NCBI GenBank assembly: GCA_048938295.1
Contig: JBHLMI010000024.1
Coordinates: 11,725 to 43,724 of the forward strand
Source of the DNA: Promethearchaeota archaeon
GTDB taxonomy: Archaea > Asgardarchaeota > Hermodarchaeia > Hermodarchaeales > Hermodarchaeaceae
Direction: 5' to 3'
DNA length: 32,000 nucleotides
A program made the translations under genes and the position numbers. Below, piece after piece: positions 8,384 through 15,702 of this stretch. The first letter of the stretch is position 1; every line of letters begins with the position of its first letter. A model generated the notes under the pieces. That model did no database searches, had not been told where the DNA came from, and saw only the letters and a program-made list of their open reading frames with translations.

Positions 8384-10081
8384 TCATCTGCCAATCTTAC
8401 CAATGGGATATTTTCGTCGGTTGAACCGGTGACCACAGCTGGGGCAATAATTTCGTTTTGCTAACCATTCAAGCATATGATTCGAATGAGCGAGAACTTT
8501 GCACTTCGGACAAAAGAGAACTGGATCATCTTTACCGATGACTTGGCCACAAAATAAGCAAAAATGTGGATGACTGGTACACTTAATACAATGAAGATTA
8601 GACCTTGGGTTCAGTTCAGCACATTTCATGCAAGGTAATTTGCCCCGTAAGATAGGTGACAACTCATCAATTAACCAAGGAGTTAAAAGTGCCCTTTTAG
8701 TTACTCGGCGTTTCGGTTCAACCCAACTTTGTCTGAGCTCTCTTCGACTACGTATTAGCATCAAGTAGGCACCAAGAAGCATGAGAATGGCAAGACCACC
8801 ACCAGTACTAATTAATCTAAAATCTGGTGGACCATATTCAGGTGTTGGAATATATTCCGGACTAGTATCGGGGACTCGTATTGCTAAAGCCATCGAGTGT
8901 GAATTATAGAAGTCCTCAATGTGTCCATCCGTCAAACCTACTATGATGAAATCTCCATTCGGGGCTTGGACTATGGATCGACCTTCATCATCGTTGTCTG
9001 TGCCATAACTCTTCATCCACTGATATTCACCTTCACTGGTTAACCGGATAAGTAACAAATTATTCGATCTATCTGAGGTGTCAAAGGTTTGTCCTGCTAT
9101 CGCATACCCTCCATCTTGGCATTTTGTAATTACATAACCACGATCAAATAATATGCCACCAAATGTTGTCTCCCAAAGGACAATACCATTCCCATGAATT
9201 AAAGCTGCAAAGCCATCGGGAATCATATTCTCGGAATTTGCAGTGCTACCAACAAATGCATACATTTCTGTTTCTGATTCGATGATATCATAACATATAT
9301 CAGGCATTGGACCGCCAAGAGTGTAGTTCCATATTTCGACTCCATTTGCATAGGTCTTTACGATCCAAGCGTCTTCCTCCCCCGCGCCAAAACTTTCAGT
9401 TGAACCTGCTAAATAGAATTCTTGGCTAGGTGTTTCGATAAGAGAATAACAGATATCAGGAGCATTTCCACCATAGGTCCTGTTCCAGAGTTGGGTGCCT
9501 TCTTCGTCAGTGCGGACGAAGAAATAATCAGAATCATCACTGCCATAGTTTCGTTGAAATCCAGCTAATGCGAATCCATCGTTCTGGCATTCAACTAATG
9601 CCATTCCTTGTTCATAAGAAGAGACTCCACCATAAGTTCGATACCACATGGTTTGCCCTTCCTCATCAGTACGAAGGAGCAGGACATCATGATTATTTGA
9701 GGTTGTGTAGCCAATTACAGCAAATCCACCTGGTTGACATTCAACCACTTCCATTCCGCCTTGCGAGATATATTCCTGGAAAAATCTCCGCCATACAACT
9801 TCTCCATTCTCTCCTAACCGCATTAAAAAGATAGACCCGCGACCCTGAAAAATACCGGTTCCCGTGGCTAGATAGCCACCATCGCTACAGGCAATAACTG
9901 AATGGAAGATGTTTTGTCCTATTCCTAAATCCTCAGTCACGGTCCAGATTTGGTCTGAACTCACGAGACTGCTACTTGGGTTATTGAGTGGGGCTGGTTG
10001 TATCGCACTGGATGAAACGAGGTTTAATGCAAGGCTTGATAAAAGCAAACAAATGGTGAGTAGATATCTCAACCTCCGCAA
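8384..10081 (-). CDS. Receptor-like protein: signal peptide, 7-repeat beta-propeller, TM helix, cytoplasmic Zn ribbon and RING-finger-like domain (putative E3 ligase)
   Basis: Seven propeller repeats; TM LISTGGGLAILMLLGAYLMLI (aa 423-443) followed by RSRR; CMKC-x10-CIKC; then CLFC-x12-CPKC-x4-H-x2-H-MLEWL-x5-CPSC (aa 508-549). Confidence 0.8.
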   Translation of the reverse strand: MRRLRYLLTICLLLSSLALNLVSSSAIQPAPLNNPSSSLVSSDQIWTVTEDLGIGQNIFHSVIACSDGGYLATGTGIFQGRGSIFLMRLGENGEVVWRRFFQEYISQGGMEVVECQPGGFAVIGYTTSNNHDVLLLRTDEEGQTMWYRTYGGVSSYEQGMALVECQNDGFALAGFQRNYGSDDSDYFFVRTDEEGTQLWNRTYGGNAPDICYSLIETPSQEFYLAGSTESFGAGEEDAWIVKTYANGVEIWNYTLGGPMPDICYDIIESETEMYAFVGSTANSENMIPDGFAALIHGNGIVLWETTFGGILFDRGYVITKCQDGGYAIAGQTFDTSDRSNNLLLIRLTSEGEYQWMKSYGTDNDDEGRSIVQAPNGDFIIVGLTDGHIEDFYNSHSMALAIRVPDTSPEYIPTPEYGPPDFRLISTGGGLAILMLLGAYLMLIRSRRELRQSWVEPKRRVTKRALLTPWLIDELSPILRGKLPCMKCAELNPRSNLHCIKCTSHPHFCLFCGQVIGKDDPVLFCPKCKVLAHSNHMLEWLAKRNYCPSCGHRFNRRKYPIGKIGR

Positions 10082-10156
10082 TCATTCCAACTCTCGAGTT
10101 TCCTATATAAGAGAGCTAGGAGTGATTTAAAACTGTAATGATACTGGAATCGGATT

Positions 10157-12601
10157 CTACCGGGATTTTGTCATCACAGTTAACTCTGAACCAAGGGGGC
10201 CAATGTCTGCAATGGATTTGACAAAATCAGTAACCAGTTCAGCAAGCCTGCCACCTTCGGATGAAGCTGTACTAGCAAATAGGATTCGATCACTGTTGAT
10301 CCCCATTTCTTTCAGCAAAGGAAGCAGTTTTTCAACTCGTTCTTTGGCTTTAGCTGTACCTGTGCGGTAATGACAATCGGTTTCATGGCAACCGAGGATT
10401 ACTACTCCATCTGCTCCTTGACTGAAGCTCTCTAAGACTAGCAGAGGATCTAGGCGGCTTGTACATGGTACTCGAAGTGGTATCATTTGCGGGGGATACC
10501 GGATACGGTTTACACCAGCACTATCAGCGGCAGCATACGCACACCAGTTGCAAAGAAAGCCGATAATAACGGGGCGTAGTGAATTGCTTTGACACGCAAC
10601 ATCAACCGCGGAGAGAAGTTGTTGCCGCGTAAATCCTGGTAAATCCAAGGCACCCGTGGGACAAGCAGCGACACATGCTCCGCAGCCCGTACAAGCAAGT
10701 TCATGAATTTGGGGAGTTTCGGAACCTTCAAAGGAGATGGCATTGGCGTCGCACGTCTTTTCACAAAGTCGGCAGCTTTCACACAAGGCTTCGTCTACGA
10801 CCGGAGCATATACTTCCAATTTGATTTTTCGTGGATTCAAAAAGGCAGAAACCTGAGCCGCAGCCAGTCCCGCGTGCGCAACAGTATCAGCGATATCCTT
10901 AGGACCTTGTGATGTACCGGCTAAATAGATACCTGAAGAATAGGTTCCTGTGGGATTAAGCTTAGGATGTTTTTCTAAAAAGAAGTTATTCTCGTCGAGG
11001 GGGATGTTTAGCAACGTCGCTAGCTTCATATTGGATGGTGCTGGATCGACACCGACACTCAATACGACAAGATCAGCTGGAAATTCGATGGGTTCACAGA
11101 GTTCAGTATCTTCTGCGCGAATAAGGAGCTTGTTGGTTTGTGGGTCTTGTTCGATTTCTGCAACTCGACCACGAATGAAGGTGACCCCATGTTCTCGTGC
11201 GGCTCGTTCATACAGCTCCTCGAATCCTTTTCCGAAGGTTCGCATGTCCGTATAGAAGATGAACACTTCAGTATCAGGTTGTGACAAGCGGAGTTGAACT
11301 GCTTCCTTAACTGCATAAGTGCAGCAGATTCGACTACAATAGGGGCGGTTAATGCGAATATCTCGGCTACCGACACACTGAACAAATGCTACGCGTTTGG
11401 GTGGATCCCCTGTCGATGGCCGGACTATAACGCCGTTGGAGGGTCCAACAGGGTTCAGTAACCTTTCGAGTTCAGGTGCTGTAATGACATCGGGGTATTC
11501 TTCATATCCGTATTCCTTGAGGTTTTGGGGATCATAAGGCGTAAATCCTGTGGCGACAATGATTGCCCCAACCTTGAATTTATAGTCACGGTCTGAATCT
11601 TCGAATCGGATGGATTCTTTCTCACACACACCAACACAGGATTGACAGCCTACACAGGTATTCATATCGATGTAGGGTGCAAGGGGGACTGTGTTCGGAT
11701 AGGGACGAATAATCGCTCGTCGCGTTCCAATGCCATATTCATATTCGTTGGGTTCGTCGATGGGGCATATTTCTAGACATTTGTTACACCCATTGCAGGT
11801 CTCTAAATCCACATACCGTGGGTCCTGATGCACTTTGACCTGATAGGCGCCGGGTGTGCCTTGAACCGCCGTCACCTCGCTGAGAGTGAGCACCTCAATT
11901 TTTGGATGATTGGCTACCTGGGTCATAAGGGGTCCGAGGATGCAGAGACTGCAATCGAGGCTTGGGAACAGTTTATCCCATTTAGCCATGTGTCCTCCAA
12001 GAAATCCACTCTTTTCAACGAGTACCACTTCATATCCTGCATTCGCAAGGTGTAAGGCAGATGTTATGCCGGCAGGTCCTCCACCTATAACCAGGACGCG
12101 CTTGGTAATTGGTATGCTCATCGAACTGATAGCTAGTCCATGCTGGGCCATTGTCAACGCCGCATCAATCATCAGTTGTGCTTTAGCGGTTGCTGCAGCG
12201 GGATTATCCCAATGAACCCAACTACATTGTTCCCGGATATTGGCAATGGCGAGATGTCCGCGGTTCAATCCAGCTTCTTCGATAGTCTGGCTCATGAGCT
12301 CTCCGTGTAACCGTGGAGAGCAGGCAGCAACCACGACGTGATTCACCTTTTCCTTGCGGATGGTATCACGAATTTGATTCAGTCCTTGTTCAACGCAGAA
12401 GTGGGCATCTTCAACGACGATGAGTTTGGGTTGCTTTTGATAATGTTCGACGAGAGCATCGATATCCACAATACTGTCGATATTGGATCCGCAGCGACAC
12501 AGAAATAACGCGGTCTTGTCAGAGGATCTAGGTGCAGGTTTGCGGCGAATCTTCTTGGATTGGGATTTCTGTGCTTTCGTTTTTGAGGTCTTTGCCACCA
12601 T
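10157..12601 (-). CDS. hdrA: Heterodisulfide reductase subunit A fused to a C-terminal MvhD [2Fe-2S] domain
   Basis: LFLCRCGSNI, AACSPRLH, NIREQCSWVH, FAD motif GGGPAGITSA, FPSLDCSLCIL, ELERLL, CVGSRD..PYCSRICCTYAVKEA and two ferredoxin pairs. The MvhD part shows GFLCNWCAYAAAD, RVPCTSRLDP and GCHETDCHY. Start placed at ATG 12601 behind a GGTGA SD (the track starts at GTG 12607). Confidence 0.95.
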   Translation of the reverse strand: MVAKTSKTKAQKSQSKKIRRKPAPRSSDKTALFLCRCGSNIDSIVDIDALVEHYQKQPKLIVVEDAHFCVEQGLNQIRDTIRKEKVNHVVVAACSPRLHGELMSQTIEEAGLNRGHLAIANIREQCSWVHWDNPAAATAKAQLMIDAALTMAQHGLAISSMSIPITKRVLVIGGGPAGITSALHLANAGYEVVLVEKSGFLGGHMAKWDKLFPSLDCSLCILGPLMTQVANHPKIEVLTLSEVTAVQGTPGAYQVKVHQDPRYVDLETCNGCNKCLEICPIDEPNEYEYGIGTRRAIIRPYPNTVPLAPYIDMNTCVGCQSCVGVCEKESIRFEDSDRDYKFKVGAIIVATGFTPYDPQNLKEYGYEEYPDVITAPELERLLNPVGPSNGVIVRPSTGDPPKRVAFVQCVGSRDIRINRPYCSRICCTYAVKEAVQLRLSQPDTEVFIFYTDMRTFGKGFEELYERAAREHGVTFIRGRVAEIEQDPQTNKLLIRAEDTELCEPIEFPADLVVLSVGVDPAPSNMKLATLLNIPLDENNFFLEKHPKLNPTGTYSSGIYLAGTSQGPKDIADTVAHAGLAAAQVSAFLNPRKIKLEVYAPVVDEALCESCRLCEKTCDANAISFEGSETPQIHELACTGCGACVAACPTGALDLPGFTRQQLLSAVDVACQSNSLRPVIIGFLCNWCAYAAADSAGVNRIRYPPQMIPLRVPCTSRLDPLLVLESFSQGADGVVILGCHETDCHYRTGTAKAKERVEKLLPLLKEMGINSDRILFASTASSEGGRLAELVTDFVKSIADIGPLGSELTVMTKSR

Positions 12602-12731
12602 AGTCACCGTTACGCCTTACCATTTCTTCTGGCGGCAATATACGTTTTAACAGTTTTTACGTTACAATCCCTCGATTTAATTATTAAGGCAATTGGTAAA
12701 TGAATTCGGCTGGTTGGTGCCGAAGAGATAA

Positions 12732-13244
12732 ATGGAGAAATCAGAACACAATACCTGTAGGCTGTGTCGTACCCAGATGACTGACAAAAAAGTCAACCCA
12801 ATGCAATTGTACAAACTACTTCCGCAAACCAATTGCAAAAAATGTGGGATGACATGCATGGCTTTTGCCACACGATTAGCACTCCGTGATGTCGAACTCA
12901 AAGAATGCACACCCCTCTTCGAAGAGGACCAGTATAAAGACCAACTCGCCAAACTTACAAACCTCATCACCCCTCTCCTCGACACCGAAGAAACGGGTAT
13001 TAAACTTGATGAAACCAAATGCACAGGGTGTGGAAATTGCGTTGTCGTTTGTCCTGTAGATGCAACAGTGGAGCCCGAAACAGCTTCTGGAAAAGCAGCT
13101 CGAACTACAGAAACCGTCTTCCGGGTTGAAGATGGGATTGTCAAAATCATAAATCTAGAGAAATGTCGTCGGTTTCCTCCTGACCGGATGAACTGCCGGG
13201 TCTGTGAACAGGGGTGTTACGTCAAAGCCATAGAAATATGGTGA
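12732..13244 (+). CDS. fwdG: FwdG-like 2x[4Fe-4S] ferredoxin fused to an N-terminal CdhE/RnfB-type Fe-S domain
   Basis: LYKLLPQTNCKKCGMTCMAFATRL...ECTPL N-domain; CTGCGNCVVVCPVDA..PET.SGK...VFRVEDGIVKIINLEKC...CRVCEQGC resembles FwdG. The true start may be ATG 12777. Confidence 0.72.
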   Translation: MEKSEHNTCRLCRTQMTDKKVNPMQLYKLLPQTNCKKCGMTCMAFATRLALRDVELKECTPLFEEDQYKDQLAKLTNLITPLLDTEETGIKLDETKCTGCGNCVVVCPVDATVEPETASGKAARTTETVFRVEDGIVKIINLEKCRRFPPDRMNCRVCEQGCYVKAIEIW

Positions 13245-13278
13245 TGCCGCTCTTCATTGTAATAAGAAGGGAAAAACC

Positions 13279-14562
13279 GTGCAGGATACCGTGTGCTGTG
13301 GTTGTTCTGTGGTCTGTGATGACGTCGCGGTAGCGGTGAAGAAAGCAAGTCTGCAATCCCTTGGGTTATGTCGGTTAGGCCATGAGTACTGTAATTCTGT
13401 TTTTAAGAAAAGCCGACTCGCTACATCTCTGCACAAAAATGAGAAAGGAAAACAGCTACCAATACCAATCAAAGATGCCATTCAACACGCGACCAGCCTC
13501 CTTAGAGATAGTGCAAAACCACTGTTTCTGGGCTGGTCCAACAGCACACAAGAAGCAATCCAAACTGGTTTGCAACTAGCCCAAAACCAAAATGGGGTCT
13601 TCGATAGTACCGCGAGTTTTGAATATGGACAAATGCTTGGAGCCAAACTTAAGGGTGGTGAATCAGACCAGGTAAGTCTAGATGATGTTCGCGACTTTGC
13701 AGATCATATCGTCTATTGGGGCGTCAATCCAGCAGAAAGCCACCACCGTCACGCTAGCCGCTTCACCGTCTTTCCCAAAGGTAAGAACATCCCTGAAGGA
13801 CGAGAAAGTCGCATAGTATCCGTCCTCGATGTTCGTAAAACGGAATCAATGGGGTTAGCGAACCATCAGCTTATTCTTTCTCCAATTACAGGAGATGTGG
13901 AATTCCTCCAGACATTAATCGCAGAACTGAAAGGAACAAAGCAACCGTTAGCGGAGAAAGTCGGGGGTGTACCCACAATTGAGTTCCTCAGTTTCGCGAA
14001 GCAGCTCCGCGAAGCCGAGACCATCGCGTTATTTTATGGAAACGGGCTGATACACTCCACTCATTCATCCCAAAGCTTACTCCTTCTGAAGCAACTTGAA
14101 AAAACCCTGAACCGCGGGAAACGCCATTGTTGGACTCTCCCAATGGTTGCCTATTGTAATACTATTGGTTCAGTGAAGGTAAGCCTTGACAGTTCTAACC
14201 TGCCTTTTTCCATTGACTTCAGTTCAAATCCCCCACAGTCCGTTGCGTCAATCTCTAAGAGCTTAACAAAGGGCGAGTTCGATAGCGTAATGGTTACTAA
14301 CTGGGATGCGTTAAGTCTGCTTCCTAAACCAATGGCGCAAGCCATCTCAACACTCCCGTTGATCTCCTTTTCCACCCATCCGACACTAACTACGAAAAAA
14401 TCCACCATTGTCTTTCCCACAGCCTTGACTGGGGCAGAGACCCAAGGAACTACCTACCGAATGGATGGTGCAGCTGTTCTCTTAAAGCCCTTCAAAGAAC
14501 CTCCAAAAGGAGTGCTCACCGAAGAGGAACTCCTTAAGCAACTTCTTACGGCACTACGATGA
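13279..14562 (+). CDS. fwdB: FwdB-like formylmethanofuran dehydrogenase subunit B homologue with substituted active-site residues
   Basis: VCCGCSVVCDD...GLCRLG Fe-S motif; LGWSNSTQEA; ADHIVYWGVNPAESHHRHASRF; GRESRIVSVLDVRKTES; GAETQGTTYRMDG. STASFEYG replaces NTASVCHG, and PMVAYCN replaces PMRGHYN. Confidence 0.88.
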   Translation: MQDTVCCGCSVVCDDVAVAVKKASLQSLGLCRLGHEYCNSVFKKSRLATSLHKNEKGKQLPIPIKDAIQHATSLLRDSAKPLFLGWSNSTQEAIQTGLQLAQNQNGVFDSTASFEYGQMLGAKLKGGESDQVSLDDVRDFADHIVYWGVNPAESHHRHASRFTVFPKGKNIPEGRESRIVSVLDVRKTESMGLANHQLILSPITGDVEFLQTLIAELKGTKQPLAEKVGGVPTIEFLSFAKQLREAETIALFYGNGLIHSTHSSQSLLLLKQLEKTLNRGKRHCWTLPMVAYCNTIGSVKVSLDSSNLPFSIDFSSNPPQSVASISKSLTKGEFDSVMVTNWDALSLLPKPMAQAISTLPLISFSTHPTLTTKKSTIVFPTALTGAETQGTTYRMDGAAVLLKPFKEPPKGVLTEEELLKQLLTALR

Positions 14563-14724
14563 CTTGGTTCATAGGTAGATGGGAATCTTTAAGCTAACGG
14601 ATAAAATTTCCGCATCTTTTTGGTAAGCTTCATATTTTGCCGAACGGCTCAGCCCTCATAGGGGTAGCAATGGCACGAATACCCAAAGATTCAGGAAAAG
14701 TGTACGTGAAGGATGGACTCTTGT

Positions 14725-14757
14725 TGGTCGCGAGTTCAAATCTCGCCTGGCCCGCCA
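14725..14757 (+). pseudogene. tRNA 3' fragment (variable loop, T-arm, acceptor 3' strand, CCA); Lys/Arg-like
   Basis: TGGTC GCGAG TTCAAAT CTCGC CTGGCCC G CCA: a perfect 5-bp T-stem, archaeal TTCAAAT loop, 7-nt acceptor strand, G discriminator and encoded CCA. No matching 5' acceptor strand or D-arm was found upstream. Confidence 0.7.
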
Positions 14758-14765
14758 TCTTGATT

Positions 14766-15512
14766 TCACGGATTTCTGAAGATGTATATTCCCCAGCTGA
14801 TAGTATCTCTACCCCATTTTAGGTAGATATCTTTTGCAGTCTTTGTTTTCCTGAGAAGCTCCTGATTATCAGAATCATCCGTATGCGACTGAATATAATC
14901 GTCAACAGCCCACCACTGTAGAGTTTCATAGTGGTCCCAATCATCGCTGTTAGACACAAGTGTATGGAGGCAAGTGAGTCCCATTTCTTCACCTTGATAC
15001 ACATTATCTTCATGCGGTCGAAAAGAATTACGAGTCATTTTGGTCGCCTCAAGATATTCGGTATCAGGCTGCTTCAACCAAAAAGGTTCACCAACAATCA
15101 CAAGACCTCCAGATTTTGTCATCTGCTTGAGTGCTTTCAATGTTCCAGCATAATCATCAAAGACCCAGCTTGCTCCCAAACATATTGCAACATCAAACAG
15201 TTCTCCAGATTCAGGTCGATAATTAGCACCATCCAATTCAATGAAGGTTAAATCGGATTCAGGAACTCTCTCGAGATGTTTCTTCTTACAATCATTGATA
15301 CAAAATGGAGATAGGTCAACTCCCACCCCTGAAATTCCATATTTCTCTGCAAGTCTGACTAAGACCTCTCCCTTTCCACATGCGATATCAAGAATTCGAG
15401 TATCTTTTGGAAGGTTGAGAAGTTGACAGAAACGTTCGAATTTCTCTTCACTCATTGGATTACAGAGTACATGATGCTTGTGTGTAATGTCAAAATACTT
15501 CCATGTGTTCAT
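14766..15512 (-). CDS. Class I SAM-dependent methyltransferase
   Basis: ILDIACGKGE motif I, GVGVDLS, FDVAICLGASW, LVIVGEPFW. Confidence 0.9.
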   Translation of the reverse strand: MNTWKYFDITHKHHVLCNPMSEEKFERFCQLLNLPKDTRILDIACGKGEVLVRLAEKYGISGVGVDLSPFCINDCKKKHLERVPESDLTFIELDGANYRPESGELFDVAICLGASWVFDDYAGTLKALKQMTKSGGLVIVGEPFWLKQPDTEYLEATKMTRNSFRPHEDNVYQGEEMGLTCLHTLVSNSDDWDHYETLQWWAVDDYIQSHTDDSDNQELLRKTKTAKDIYLKWGRDTISWGIYIFRNP

Positions 15513-15516
15513 TTAC

Positions 15517-15571
15517 ATCAACTCCATGCCCCCGAGGGAACGGTTCGGGGGCTGCGGGATTAGAGGTTGAT
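15517..15571 (-). promoter_or_regulatory. Structured 5' leader of the methyltransferase gene that pairs over its SD
   Basis: Perfect 8-bp GC stem (gcccccga 15528-15535 / tcgggggc 15545-15552) nested in an outer stem atcaac 15517-15522 / gttgat 15566-15571, which covers GGAGUUGAU 4 nt before the ATG. Confidence 0.4.
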
Positions 15572-15606
15572 AGGTGAGTCAGGTAATGTCGATAAAAAGC
15601 CATCGT

Positions 15607-15641
15607 TCAAAATTCAGAATTTTCCAATAAGAAAAGAGATA
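15607..15641. promoter_or_regulatory. Imperfect inverted repeat between divergent methyltransferase and cooC promoters
   Basis: gaattttcca ... tggaaatttc (9/10 match), lying between TATA-like gataaaaa (15591-15598, minus strand) and ctttaag (15661, plus strand). Confidence 0.3.
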
Positions 15642-15702
15642 TGGAAATTTCATCAGAAGACTTTAAGCACTCTTTCAGGTACTACGACCAACGGTGCTCA
15701 CC

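Noticed and set aside
6933-10081. Propeller repeats as a DNA repeat array, CRISPR or diversity-generating target
   Set aside because: The repeats are only visible at protein level and are highly diverged; no identical DNA repeats with spacers, and no cas or reverse transcriptase genes.
12704-12725. TTCGGC/GCCGAA hairpin and TTAATTATTAA palindrome in the hdrA-fwdG divergent region
   Set aside because: Only 6 bp or simple AT-rich symmetry, which is expected by chance; no supporting context.
10157-14562. Selenocysteine recoding in HdrA, MvhD or FwdB
   Set aside because: The ORFs are continuous with no in-frame TGA; the HdrA/MvhD positions are Cys and the FwdB ligand position is GAA (Glu).
14640-14757. 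Complete or intron-containing tRNA gene
   Set aside because: The best 5' acceptor candidate (GGGGTAG, 14661-14667) has a G-G mismatch and is not followed by a D-arm, and no anticodon stem or bulge-helix-bulge could be built.
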